NCBI GenBank assembly: GCA_026025795.1
Contig: JAPEUG010000023.1
Span: forward strand, 1 to 64,000
Direction: 5' to 3'
Length of the DNA: 64,000 bases
DNA from: Thelocarpon superellum
Lineage: Eukaryota
In this document: positions 22,666 through 36,452 of the stretch, piece after piece
How the letters are laid out: each line of letters begins with the position of its first letter
How positions within the stretch are numbered: position 1 is the stretch's first letter
Notes under the pieces: model-generated
Database searches by the model: none
Told to the model about the DNA's origin: nothing
The model's input: the letters and a program-made list of their open reading frames with translations, nothing else
Position numbers and translations under genes: made by a program

Positions 22666-25600
22666 TCATGCCGGAAACTCGTCCTCAAGCTTCAGGCGCG
22701 CCATGACATTCATGCTCAGCAGCTCCTGGATCAACAATTTGGCGGCGTACGGGATCGTCATGGTAGCCACGGCCTTGGAGCATTTGCACGTCTGGCACCA
22801 CTTCTGATATCCCATCATGCCGCACACGCCGCAGATGTCGACCTCGTGCGCGTCGGACGAGAGCATGAGCCGCTCGAGCAGCAGCTGTGATGCCCCATAC
22901 GCGATCAGGCAGTCGCGCTCCATCTCCCCCAGACGAAGCCCACCGTCGCGCGATCGACCCTCGGTGGGCTGGCGCGTGAGGATGGCGCGGGGCCCCTTGG
23001 CGCGACTGTGCATCTTATCTTGCACCATGTGCTTGAGCTTCTGATAGTAGATGGGCCCAAAGAAGACGTAGGCCGGCAAGGACTCGCCCGTGATGCCCGA
23101 CGTCAGGTGATCCTTGCCTGAGTAGCTGAAGCCGTGAGCGATCAGGATGTCGCCCATGTCCTCCACCTTGCTGCCGCCAAACGCCGTGCCGTACTGGAGC
23201 AAGCCCGAGAGCACCCCGGCCTTGCCCGCGACGAGCTCAAGCATCTTGCCCACGGTCATGCGCGATGGGAAACCGTGGGGATTCATGATGATGTCAGGCA
23301 CGATGCCTTGGTCGCTGAAGGGCATGTCCGCCTGCTCGCAGATGATGCCGCACACCCCCTTCTGCCCGTGCCGCGAAGAAAACTTGTCGCCCAGCTCCGG
23401 CCGGCGCGTCTGGCGCGTCTGGACTTTGATCAACGTCGCCTCCGCCTCCGTCGTCGAGACCATGACCTTATCGATATAGCTGGGGTCGGGTAGCTTGTAC
23501 GTCATGGGGGCGTCGCGGTACTCGTTCGTGCCATAGTCGGAGCCGAGCCCTGTGCCTTGGCTCACCATCGGCACCTGCCGCATCATGTAGACGTCGTGAT
23601 TCCTGACCTGCTCGCCTACCGCCGCCAGCCCATCCTTCTCCAGGAGCGCGTGCTTCTTGATGGGCACCCCGTTCTCCAGGTGCGGGTCGCCGATGCGATC
23701 GGCCGTATGGTTCGGATGCTTCTTGAGCTGCGCCGCGTACTTGCGGAAGACCTGGCATCGGCCAAAGCCGCGATCGCACGAGGCCTTGTTCAGCACGAGC
23801 GCATCCTCGATGTCGTATCCCGAATAGCTCATGACGGCCACTGTGGCGTTCTGTCCTGCCGGCAAGCGGTCGTACCGGATCAGCTCGATCGTTCGCGTCT
23901 TGACGATGGGTTTCTGCGGGTAGACCATCAGGTACAGCAGCGTGTCAATGCGCAAGAATTGGTTGTGCGCGATGACGCCGATGGCCTGCTTGCCCATCGC
24001 ACACTGGTAGGTGTTCCGCGGCGACTGGTTGTGATGGGGAAAGGGGATGAGCCCGGCCACGGCGCCGAGCATGGTAAACGGCTCGATCTCGAGATGCGTC
24101 GTGGACTCGTCAATGTCCTCCTCATAGACGGCGATGTTGGAATCATTCTCCTCGTTGACGTCCAGATACTCCACCAGACCGCGCGAGAGAAAGTCGTCAA
24201 AGTCCATATTGCCGCGGCGTAACGACTTGAGATATCGTGCCGTCACCCGCGACTTGCCCCGTTCCACCACGATGAGTGGACGGCAGATGCGGCCTTCATC
24301 CGTGGCGATGTGCACCGCCGCATGATGGTGGTTGATGTAGATGCTCACGAACACCGACACCCGGCCCATCCGCCGCAAGCGACGGAAGCTGTTCAAGAAG
24401 GTCTTGGGCTGGGTCGTGAGCGCGACGGGTGTGCCGTTGATGAAGATGATGTAGGCACCGGGCGCAAAGAGCTCCTTGCCGCTCACCGAGGCAATGTCCT
24501 CGGCCCCCAAGACGACCACCAGCTTCCGCACCGGCGCCTCTTCGTCGTTGGTCGTGATGTGCGTCATCAGCGCCAGGTTTTTGACTAATCCGCACGCCTC
24601 GCCCTCGGGCGTGTCCGAGGGACACAGCATGCCAAACTGCGACGGCTGGAGCGCGCGGGGCCCGCTGACCTTGCGCGTCTTCTCGAACTGACTGGTGATG
24701 CGGGTCATCATGCCGAGCGCACTGATGTAGCTCAGACGACTGAGCACGTGCGTCACGCCAGCCCGCTCCATCTTGAAGCGTTTCAGGTTCCAGTTGCCCG
24801 TTGCGATGGCGCGATTCATGCCCAGGGTGATCCAGTTGCCATGGACCTGCATGTGATGATAGGCGTCAAACTCCTGCGCGCGGATGGGCTTCTTGAGCAC
24901 TTTATCGATGTTCATCTTGATATCGTGGTTGAACTTTTTGAACAGGTCCTCGAAGAGGAGGGAGAGCAGCTGTCCGGCCCTGGGGGGAGGAAAGGAGAAA
25001 GGGTTAGCCGCGGCAGCAATGCATCGCACTGAGCAGGAAGGACCTACAACTCGAGTCGCTTGTTACCTACGTAGTCACGGTCATCGACCAGGCTCGGGTC
25101 GGCCATGGCCATGAGCACACGGCGAATCATGAAGGCGATGTAGAGCGCCTTGGGCCGGAAGTTCAGCCGATACACTGGCACGTGGGTGATGATGATGGAC
25201 GCAAGCGCCTCGATGGCCTCCTGGGTGTAATTGCGGCGGAAGACGCCGCTCCCCACGGGCCGGCGGGTAATCTTGATGCGTGCGCCCAGGTACTCCAACG
25301 CCTGCTGCTGCGAGTGGATGCCGAGTCGAGCGCATTCCTCAAAATTGACGGAGAACATGTCCTGGAACATCTCGTCCAACCCCGCCACGAGCAACATGAT
25401 CTCTCGATCAGACTGTATGCCCATGGCCTTCAAGACGACGACGACGGGAATGTCCTCGTTCAGGACGTTGTGCTTAAGGTAGATCCGATCCTTCTTTAGC
25501 AAGACATAGCTCTTGGATTTCCGCTCATGCGTGGAACTGGTGACCGAGGCCTGGACGAGGCCCTTCTTGGCGTCGGCTTCGACGATGACCCGATTCTTAC

Positions 25601-26394
25601 TCAGCTGCTCCTGCACCAGGATGACCTTCTCGGTGCCGTTGACGATAAAGTAACCGCCAGGATCGAGCGGGCATTCGTTGAGCCGGGCCATGTCCTGATC
25701 GGACTTGTTCGTCAAGACACATTTCGAGCTCCGCAACATGACGGGCAGTCGACCGATGGTGATTCTGGGGCGTTTGACGATCTGCTTGCCTCGGACATAC
25801 TCGATGTCGACAAAGACGGGGGCGGCATATGTCATGTCGCGGAGGCGGCACTCGTGCGGGGTAATGTCGGAGACATCTTGGACGTCGGAGCGTTCCGCCA
25901 TACCAACGTAGATGTCGGTGTACTTGAGATAGAACTGTGGGTCGACATCGCTGAGGACCTTCTGATTGGCCTGGACGATCTTCTTGATCTCGACCTCGAC
26001 GAAAAAGTTGAAGGAATCGATGTGCTGCTTGACCAGGCCCTTGACCTTGAGGAAGGCGGGCAGCAAGTTCCACTTGTCCTAGAAGAAGGTTAGACCATCG
26101 AGCCTGAAATGGACCGAGATCTGTCTTCCTACCCTGGCGGTGTCGATGGGCTCGGTGAGCGACTTGCCGTCGTAGAACGGTTCGAGCAAGGCGCTGAAGC
26201 CCTATCGCATTCGTTAGCTGGTCCGTCACGCGCAATCGACCAGTAGGGTTTTCTACATCATCTTTGCTTCGGTGGACAGCTTCGTGCGAGCTTGACGCTC
26301 TTGCGCTGGCTCGTGGATGAGGGGGTCTTTGCGGGGGCGGGTGTCCGGGATTGGCGTGGCCGTCATCCGGCACGGTGATGGGTGCTAGGGACAT
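22666..26394 (-). CDS. RPC2: RNA polymerase III second-largest subunit
   Basis: [78 protein letters not shown] and a C-terminal zinc ribbon. Three introns. Confidence 0.97.
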
Positions 26395-28874
26395 GGCCAG
26401 GTGGAGTGCAGGCTTTTACGGCGGGATGTGACAAGGTCCCTCTCGGGCATCTGCTCCAGTCCTCTACTACCCCATCCGCTCTAATTGCCCTGCTCATGTC
26501 TTATTCGGCAGGTTGTCGCGGCGTTTCATCCCGAGCTGCGAGATATCTTCGTGCAGAATCTCCACGGTTACTCGTCCATGCGCTAGATGGCCGCAGGGCA
26601 GAGTGTGGCGGATTATAATAAGGTTTAGTGGGGTCGGGGACGAGAGTGGCGTGCGGCCTGTGGCGCATGGTCGCCGGTGCTGTCAGTCGCTTGCCCGCCC
26701 GCACCGGGCTCGTTTGAAGCATTCTTTTGGTGCTAGTGCCACTGTGTGCCGGAGGAGTCCAGAACGAAGCTGGAAGTCTCCTGGATACCAGCAGGCCCTG
26801 CCTGTACGCACGTCGTGCAGCGTCTCGCCTTCAAGAATGCAACACGCACGGGATGTACGACATCAATGAAAGGGAGGAGGAACTGCTGCAGTCGATGTGG
26901 GAGGCTACATGTAGTATAACGAGCGTCACTTCAATCCCGCCAGGAGGAGCTGTGATGGGTCCACCATCCACGGTTCTTGCGAGCGCGGCCGCATCCGACT
27001 CACCGCTTTTCTGACCCGGCCCCACGTTCATGCAGCTTCGCCAAATTATCCTGGCAGATTGTTGTCGTGATCCCGCCTCGCCCTTACACCCTACGTCCCA
27101 GTTTGAATAGCCACCACCTTTAAAGGTCCGCGTTCATCCGGTCGTAAGTGAATCTCACATGAGATGGTTCTTCCTTACATCAATGTCCAGATGCCAGCTT
27201 CGGCAGCCCGACAAAGCCCAGCGAGGCCCTGCTGCAGCAAGGTTGCGATCAAGTCACGCGTGACCGCACGTAGAAGTCTCACGTGGACTCGTCAAGAGGA
27301 GTTCCGCGCGGAGGCCGCCAGGCTCACCAACCTTGGGCTGGTCCGCCTTGGCCGTTGCCGTTGCCGTTGCAGCTCTCCTAGATCTTATTGTGCCATGCGT
27401 GTGCACCGTGCACTGGACAGTACCTCCGGAGCGCTACGAGAGTTGTACTCGTTCTGGTACCCGACCACCCCCGGTCGGTGCCTGTCATGGTGCAGCACCG
27501 GTCCCCAAGGACGTTTGTGAGTGGGTGGATGGGCAAGCAGCTAGCGGGGGTCCGTGGCTCGTCGATCCCGACGTGTCGCCCTCTTGAAGCCGGCCTGAAC
27601 CGTACGTGAAGAGCGAGAGAGCCTCCGACTTACGGATTAAGGTATCTCGACCCGGTATCATAGCGCGCAAGTTTAATGTTCGGGCTGCACTGCGTGAGTG
27701 CGTGTATTGTGCCCAGCATGAGCAGCTTGCTATTGGATCCCCACGGCCTCCACCCAGCGGACGTTTTGCACCTGATCGACCTTGTGTCTCTGGACGGGCT
27801 TCATCGGATCCCGTAGAGGGGGAGACAGCGATACCGGACGTCAGACATGGTGCGGCTTTGGTCCAGGTGGGAGGAGGGAATCGGGCGAGGCCCCGCTGTC
27901 GCTGCGGCTGGCATGCTCGCCTCCCTCTCCACCCCTCCTCCCCACGCTCTCGCTTTCCCCTGGTCGAAGATCGTCTACTCCCGACGACGGCGATGCCAGC
28001 CATACCCGTAGTTGCTCGTACCATACAAGTTCGGGTGGAGCCATCGGTGGTCAAGTGAATCAAGCGTGGGCCAGGGTGGCCATTGGGAGTGAACGTGCGA
28101 TAGCTAGGAGAGAGCGCCTTTTCACCAGAGTGCAGTAACCAGTGTGAGACGCTCGAAACCAAACCCATCCCAGTTAAACCCTCCTGCAGCTCGCCCGCTC
28201 GCCCACAGGTCAAGACCCCTTCCGCCCTCAACACCCTGGTCGCTCGCGTTGCTCTTGTCGCTGGCTGGCAGGATCCACGACCGAACGAACCACACACACA
28301 GACACACCCACGATCCAACGATCGGATGACTTTCCTTGCTGCCGCAGCTTCTCCCATCTGTGCCATCTCCGGCTCCGCCCTCATCTCCTCTGCGCGCATC
28401 TCTATTCCCTTTGTCACCGGCCCGTCACGACACACCCTTTCGTCGCCTGGCGTGCGACCGATTCCATTGACCTCTCGTGCGACGCTGCCCGGGTTTCCCG
28501 CTCTCACGGCCTCGAGCCTCCCGCGCCGCTGGCGCTCGCTGCCTGTCTTTCTCGCCGCTCGATGCCATTGCTGGCGCCCATGCCATTGAGACTGAATGTC
28601 CCTTCACCGTGATCCTGTCCGTGGTGAGTGCCTTGCCTGACCTCCGCCCCACCTCCACGCCCCACCTCCCTTCACCTCTGTCCACTCCCCCGATTGCACC
28701 ATACCTCCGAGCTTCTCCCCTCTTACTCGCCGCTGGAACCTGTCTACCTCCACACCTCTACACCTCCACATCTCCACATCTTCACATTCTTCCGCCTCTG
28801 TCATCGCGTCCCCTCGTCTCCGCGCAATGCGTCACGTCCAGATCTAACGGCATCTCCAGCCCGAGCCCACCAGC

Positions 28875-31800
28875 ATGTCCTTCACTAGTCCCGTGGGCGA
28901 CCGCAACGACGAGATGCGTTTCCGCCATACCTCCAACGCCCGCGATGACGGACCCTTCGCCGGGTACCCCGCCGCTCTACGTGGTAACCCCACACGCATG
29001 ACCACCGTCGACCATTCCAACGACCCTCGCTCGAGCCTCCAACGCCGTTTCACGACCGAGTCGGCCAAAGTTCCAACCATGACCCCCATTACCCAATCAC
29101 TACGACCTCAGATGGCAGAGCCATTGGAGCTCTCCTCCTCGGTATGGCCCCTCACTACGCCGTATGATCGTCGCAAGCCCGTCATCCTCTTCCCTCCTCC
29201 CCACAACTTCTCTCCCTTTACCCACGTGCCGCTAGACTGACGCTGTCTCCGCCTAGACCTTACAGAAATTTCAGCTGGTAAGGATTTGTTCCACCAATTG
29301 CCTGGTGTAAGATACCATACTCATTGTCACCCTAGCTCGAAAAGAAGCGCCACGAGTTCGAGGTGTTAAAGGAGCAGCGTCGTCGCTTTGAGGCCGAGAT
29401 GCAGTTGATTGATCTACAGCAGCAGCGAGAGGAGCAAGAGATCCGCCAGATGACCGAGGCCCTGAGTCAAGTCAACACGTCGGCCGGCCATCAGAGCGAG
29501 CCTGCAACGCCGCCCGAATATCGCGATGCCGGCTTTCCCTCGAGCTTTTCGCGCCCAAACCGCTTCTCCACCTCAAGTCTGACCTCTCCTCCGGGCCTCC
29601 TCACCCGTAGCGCACGTTCGGGCTCTCAGCTCACGTCGCCCGCCTCGGAGCTAGCCCCGAGCCAGCAGCCATCCAGCAAGATACCGTCTCGGTCTGTACC
29701 CGGCTCGCGTCGTAACTCCGATGAGGATGAGCCGCAGGCGCAGGCGCAGCCGGAGCCGACACCAACCAATCTGGAATCCCCCGTGGTACCTCGCTCGGCG
29801 GCATCGTAAGTGACTGGTCGCATGCAATGCACCATTCTGTGCACTCGGTGACTGATGCTTGCGCTAGATTCAATCGGAACTCAATGCCGGCCGCTGGGCT
29901 GAATTTCCGCGCTGGCACAGACGTCGCCGGGCAGGGTCCGACCTTGAGCCTGGGTCAGATCAACACCACACGCTTCCTCTTCGGTGACGATTCCTCGGAC
30001 GGTGCGCCCAGCAAGCCAGAGGCGAACACGACGACCTCGCCCAAGGTCAAGAGCTATCTGCAAATGAATGCGACCCACGAGAATTTCCCTATCTTGGTGC
30101 GCCGCGACGATCACCCGGGCCTTGTGCGTTCCGCCTCTTTCTTCTGCCTGTCAACAGCCATTCGCTGACTCTTCAACTTTTTAAAGCTGTCCGCGGCATC
30201 TGCCGCACTAGATCTGGCGCTGTCCCAATCACCGGGCCCTGAGTCCCAGTCGAATACGGGGTGGCCGTCATTCACTCGCCACCGCCCGCAGTACAGCCTT
30301 CCCATGAACACCATGTCGATGCCCCAAGACGGGCCTCAGCTGACGTCGCCCAAGGCGACCATCCCGCCGTCCGACATATCTAACGATGCAACGCCAAATC
30401 AGGCCCGATACAACAACCGCAACTCGAGGGAAATCAACTTCAGCCAGTTTGCGGACGCTACGCCCTCGAGTACACCGGCCGTGACGGCCTCTAACTCCAC
30501 CTCGCAGGGACCGCCTCCGAAGCTTCAGTCGTCATACTCGACCAACGACATTCCGACCGTCAAGAATCCGGGTGGCTTGGCCGGGATGGGCGCCAACAAC
30601 AACGCCCATGCGCAGCAGCATTTCCATAGCCACAATGCCAGCCTCGGTCGGATTCCGACAAATGCAGTCAACAACCGGCATAGCCGGGAGGTATCAGTCG
30701 GCGAGGTGGCCTCGGCTGTCCGTGAAGGGCAGAATCTGGGATATCAGCCCCTTCAGTCTGCCCTGCAGGCCAACGCCCCTCCCTTTGGTCCTCCGTTGGC
30801 CGCGTCCATGACGTCACCGGGTGCTCCATTGACGGCCGGCAGCCCGCCTGCCTTGTCGACGTATCCCCCACCGGGCTACTTTGGCGGATATGGCGGACTG
30901 CCACCCCCGATGAACGTTGGCATGAACATCAACAACGTGGCCGTCAACGAGCCCATGTATCAGCCGCACAGCCCCTACGGCTTCCAGATGTATGGGTACG
31001 GCCAGCAACGCCTGTACGAGAACCAGACCCGCCCGATACAATCAATCCAACCACAGACGCAGGCGCGGCGCGCGGCCGACGGGGACGGTGTGTCGCCTGC
31101 ACTCCCCCCCTCCCCCCCCCCAGATCACCTGACTTGTTGTGCTAATAGATTGCAGCTAATCGGTTCGCCAATGTCAAGCTGGAGAGCCTCAAGGGCGAAA
31201 TCTACTCGTTGTGCAAGGACCAACATGGCTGTCGCTATCTCCAGAAGAAGCTCGAAGACCGCAATCCTGAGCATATCCAGCTGATCTTCGCGGAGACTAA
31301 GGAGCACGTGGTCGAACTGATGACCGGTAGGCTGCACACGCTCAACGTCTTGGGTACCGGGACTGACTAGAGCGTCCCATCAGATCCATTTGGAAACTAC
31401 CTGTGCCAGAAGCTGCTGGAGTACTGCAATGATGAGCAGCGCACGGCGTTGATCAACAACGCCGCCCCGCAGATGGTCAAGATCGCATTGAACCAGCACG
31501 GAACACGGGCGCTCCAGAAGATGATCGAATTCATATCGACGCCAGAGCAGGTGCAGACCATCATCTTTGCCCTGCATGACCGCGTGGTGGAGCTCATCCA
31601 GGACCTCAACGGGAACCATGTCATCCAGAAGTGCCTCAACCGGCTGACGCCCGAGGACGCTCAGGTAGGCACGCCCTGGCTCGCATGAGCACGGCGGCTG
31701 AAGAAGGGGCGCTGACGGGCGATAGTTCATCTTCGACGCGGTGGGTCACAATTGCGTCGTCGTCGGCACCCATCGCCATGGCTGCTGCGTTCTGCAGCGC

Positions 31801-32768
31801 TGCATTGACCACGCCTCGGGGATTCAGAAGGGCAATCTCGTCCGTCAGATCTCGATGAATTCCTTTCCCCTGGTGCAAGACCCGTTTGGGAACTACGTGG
31901 TGCAGTATATTCGTATGTGAAATCCCATCGAAGCGCGTGTTTGCTGGGCGCTGACATGGACCAAGTTGACCTCGGCGAACCATCGTATACGGAGCCACTG
32001 ATTCGTGGCTTTGTGGGCCACGTGGCAGCGCTGTCGAAGCAGAAGTTCAGCTCCAACGTCATAGAGAAGGTGCGTCGTGCGCGCAACCTGAAACAGGACC
32101 GTCTGACGAGCGATAGTGTCTGCGGACCGCCGACCCGGCGATGAAGCAACTTCTGGTTGAAGAGATGCTCCAACCGAATGAGCTCGAGCGCATGCTGCGC
32201 GACTCTTATGCCAACTATGTCATTCAGACCGCGGTAGGTCACTTTTGACGTGAGCAATTAGAGAGGGCAACGCTAATGACGTTTCATGCAGATGGACTTT
32301 GCCGACAACGAGAGCAAAACCCGACTGGTGGAGAGCATCCGCCCCATCCTCCCGGCCATCCGTTCCACTCCCTATGGCCGCCGAATCCAGGGAAAGATCC
32401 AGGCCCTGGACAGCCGTAGCGGGAGCTCGAGCGGACAGATCACACCCAATGACGCGTCGTCGCCCGGACAGATTCCGTCGGGCCGTCAGAACCCGGCCCC
32501 TTTCCACCAGCGCCAGACGTCCAACATGGCGCAGAATGACTTCGGTGGGCCCAACAGTGGATTCGGCGGATTTGGGCACGGCGGCAGCGCCGGCACCCTG
32601 GACAACGGAGCGCCGGTGGCGGGCGCCGCGCCCTCTCATCACGTCAACCATCCTTCCTTCACCCATCTGCAGCAGCAACACAACCCCACGCCTGTACAAC
32701 AGCAACAACCGCCATATCCGGCGGCATATGGTCGCGGGTCTTCGGCGGGTGGTTCCTACTACTTCTAA
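28875..32768 (+). CDS. Pumilio/PUF RNA-binding protein (Puf4/Mpt5 class)
   Basis: Long low-complexity N-terminus followed by PUM repeats LCKDQHGCRYLQK, MTDPFGNYLCQK, ALNQHGTRALQK, IQDLNGNHVIQK, GTHRHGCCVLQR, VQDPFGNYVVQY, SKQKFSSNVIEK and LRDSYANYVIQT. About ten introns, including a 21-nt exon at 29257-29277. Confidence 0.93.
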
Positions 32769-33985
32769 AGCCCATACTGCATAGCGACAATGACGACGAT
32801 TACGATCATGCCTGACGACTTTACGGCCATTGACCTTCTTGTGCCCCCTTCAAGAATGGCCGTTTCCCCCGTTCCCGGAGAGGTGCTCAGGCTCGCGCTC
32901 TTCCCGTCCTTTTCTCTTTTCCCCCTTCCCGATTCCAAAAGCATCATAGAGGTGGAGCCGATTATTGCCTGGAGCGCCGCAGAGTTACACCCACCTCACG
33001 ATGAAGTTATGTCCGGACGCCCCCCTCAATCTTTTCTTCTCTCGAAGATCCATACTGGAGACGATCTTTGTACATCAGAAGGAACGGATTGGGAGGAAAC
33101 GTACGTGATGCTTCTGGTTACGGGACCATGGTGGTTTTCTGATTCTTTCGAAAATTCCACTCGACCGCATGGTTGAACCTCATCTTCCCACCTGCCGTTT
33201 CCCCTGGACCATGACTTGGCTCATCTCTTCGCCCATCTCGCCCATCTTTCTAATCTCCCTGCAAATGGAGCACTTCTCCCCATACCACATCTTTGCCCCG
33301 TCTGCCGACTCTTCATCTTCCCCGGCTGTACCTTTACTTGGACACTAGATGATAGCGTCATCGAGTATGCACGACCACGACCACAACCACGGCGACAATG
33401 ATCATGACGACGAGTCTTTCACCTTCCCTCTTCACCTTACACCCTCTTCCCGCCCACCACCGTCCACACAGTCTCATTTTCCCATTCTCTTGTGTTCAGG
33501 CTGGGCGTTTCATGCTTTTCCCTCTTCACACAAAGTCTCGATCACACCAATCTCACCACCATGGCTTCCACCATCTGTCGCCTGCCAATCGCCTCGTCCT
33601 TGCACGACCGGAGCCGAAAACCTCCATCCATTGGAAATCCCCGGTCTTGCATCGAACCAGCAATGGCGACGACGATGACACCGAAGGCGACGAACACGAA
33701 GTGTGAATCCTGAGATGATGGCGGATACGAACGAAATTCTGCATAACCCCTTTCCTGCTCCGTCCCTCGCCGAGCTACCTCATTCGATCTCCTCCACCAT
33801 TTCCCTCCAACCTCCCACTCTGTTTTCCTTCGTGATCCTCCTTCACCATTCAATCCTTCAATCATCCTGTCACTCAGTCGAGCATCGAGCACGAGCAACG
33901 GGCAGAGCTAGGACGCGACTGGAAGGACGAAGACACGGATCATTGGACGGACGAACGCATATGGACGGTTGGAAGGAAAGACGGG

Positions 33986-34338
33986 CCGATACCGATACCG
34001 ATACCGATACCGATACCAATCAGGCCGAGAGATGATCGTCTAGATGTTCTAGTTCTGGAGACTGGAGAAGCGCAGGACCTATTGAGCGAGCAAGAAGCTC
34101 GGCTACTGAAATGAAATGAAATGACATGACATGGCACGAGCGACGTGACGTGACGTGACGTGATGAAAAGATCATTAGAGAAGGGTCCGTTCCCATTTGA
34201 GCCGGATGTGCCTGATTCTCTACGGCGGTACAGAGGGACGGTAGGTAGGTAAGGATGTAGATATGTAAGGGCGTGGGAAACGACGTACATCGAAGAAGAG
34301 AGGAGTAGGAGGAGGAGGAGGAGGAGGAGGAGGAGGAG
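33986..34338. repeat. Microsatellite cluster between convergent genes: (CCGATA)x5, a TGAAA/TGACA/TGACG pentamer run, (AGG)x10
   Basis: Read directly at 33986-34015, ~34108-34165 and 34307-34338. Confidence 0.85.
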
Positions 34339-34381
34339 AGGACAAGGAGGCGACGGAGAAGCCGTGCGAAGCGTCAAAAGC

Positions 34382-36452
34382 CTAAAACGCCGCGCCGCCG
34401 ACAACACCACCGACACCGACACCGACACCAACGCCGGCACCGAGCCCCACACCAATGCCGACGCCTACGGTGCCCTGATGAGCAGCGGCGGCGCCAGCAC
34501 CAGCACCGGCAGCAGCAGCTGGCAAAGCATGTGCGAAATCGAGCCCCTGGCCCTCTAGATCTCTCACCTGTGCCTCGGCGAGGTCAGATTTGAGGCCGTC
34601 CCGGGCAGATTCGCGCTCGAGACGAGCCCAGGTGCGCAGACTGTCGCGTTTCTTTTCGAGTTTCTTGTCCAACTCGGCTTCTAGCCGTTCCTTTTCTGCC
34701 ATTAGCTTTGTGAGTTTCTCGGCGATCTTCTTGTCGGCTGGGGTATTGCTTAGGTTCACGCCTGCGATGGTAGCAGAGGGAAGGTTGGAGGTAGAGGTGG
34801 TGGTGGTGGGCGTAGAGGGCGTGGTGGTAGTGGTGGTGGATGTGGTGGCGGCGGCGGTGGAAGGGGGAGTGAGGGCTGGGATGTCTCGGAGATGGTGCGA
34901 GAATCGCTGCGTTAGCGGGTATGTGCGTGACGTGGAGTTGTGCAGGCAGCCGCGGTAGGGGGGTGGGTTCGATAGTGGGGTGTGTGGGTGGTGGTGATGG
35001 TGGTGGTGATGGTGATGCGGGTAGGCGGATGGGGTATGAGAGGAGCGCGGGCCGGTTGGAACCCCCGTCGCACTGCCTGGCGACGTGGTTCCCGGCGGCG
35101 AGGCACGGGGTTGAGGCTGCGCCGGCGGACCACCACGCATGTGCGGGGCTGGCGCGTATTGCGAGTTGCGGCGTGACTCGGGGCCGTTACTCGGGCTGGC
35201 GTACGAGGGTTCGCGTCGGGGTGGAGGCGGTCCACTTCGGCCGCGCGGTTGCGTTGGGGCTGAGAGGACTGAGACCCCTCCTGCTCGGCTGTGCGCGGAC
35301 ATGGGCGCCGGTGAGGTGAAGGTGCCCGCGTTCTCTGGTACTTCATACGAGCCCGTGCGAGCGCCATGGCTAGCTGCGCCGTTGCGGTATGCTGGCTCCG
35401 CGGGGCTCGGATATGTTCGAGCGTCGTGGCTGGCGTAATCTGCGTCTCGTCGCCGGGGTGAGTATTCTCGTCGTCGAGGGGGGGAGCGATACCCAGCGGG
35501 ACCGCGCGGAGGCGATCGCGCGCGCGGAGAGAATTCCCGTTGAGCCCTTCGGTTCGGAGAGCGCGGGGCGGAAGGGGGATGGGTGCGAGTGCTCCCACGA
35601 GTATCATTTGGGGCTTGCTGCAAGTTGAGTCGGCTCGGGTGGATTGGTGGCGATGACCGACGAGACGTGGGGCCGGAGTCGCGCCCTGATGAAGGTTCTG
35701 ACTGGTGGTCCGGTCGAGATCCACGTACCGCCGGCGAAGGAGAACGAGGACGACGTGAGCCTGGGCCGGAGAGTCCAACGCGGTCGTCGCGGCCGGTCGG
35801 CGATCGAGACCGTGCTCGCCATGTTCCGCGCGGATCATCGGGCACCGAGGGACGTCTTCGCGGCGGGGAACGAGTGCGATCATCCTTCCAACCCGGTGAG
35901 GCCAGACGCTCCCTTTTGGCTGGGGGGGACGACCGCAGCCCGCGCCCGGGCGGTGGTGAATGGTCTCGTCCTCGCTTTATCCCAGCGGGTGATCGCGTGC
36001 GTGCATATCGCTCAGATGGGCCTCGATAGGGTGAGCGCGATCGGACTCGAGACGGGCCGGGGGATCGTGGAGCATCGTCACGTTGCGTGGGGCGTAGGGG
36101 TGAGTAACGCCGTGGGGGCGACTTCTCTCGAGCTCGCCACCCTCTGGGAGGCGACCGGTCACGACTATTGGAGAGGGGTGGACCGCGCGTGTCTCGTCGG
36201 AATGGCGGCGGCGAGCGGCTGCGGGGCCGGTATCCGCGGTCGTTGGGACGACTGTATTTTGCGGTAGGTGGTGGAGAACGAGCTCGTGAGGGAATATGTT
36301 CCTTTTGATCGTCATATCTATCGAGGGACCAGTAAGATGTTAGCTGAGGGCTCCGGGCCGAGATGTTCCAGCATGAAAAGGACAGCATACTTCCGTGGAC
36401 GATCACGCTCTCGGTCTCGTTCGCGATCACGCTCACGATCCATACGATCCAT
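34382..36452 (-). CDS. Ser/Arg/Pro-rich (SRRM-like) protein with C-terminal coiled coil
   Basis: Exon 1 MDRMDRERDRERDRERDRPR, a GTATGC..CTAAC..TAG intron, then a long ORF rich in RSRSP with a His tract and a coiled coil (KLTKLMAEKERLEAELDKKLEKKRDSLRTWARLERES). Confidence 0.75.

Noticed and set aside
27485..28507. 340-aa minus-strand ORF upstream of the PUF gene
   Set aside because: Low-complexity R/G/A composition that mirrors a CT-rich promoter or leader, with no motifs.
34160..34216. GTGATGA...CTGA as a C/D snoRNA
   Set aside because: Too short, box C derives from an adjacent microsatellite, and no guide is recognisable.
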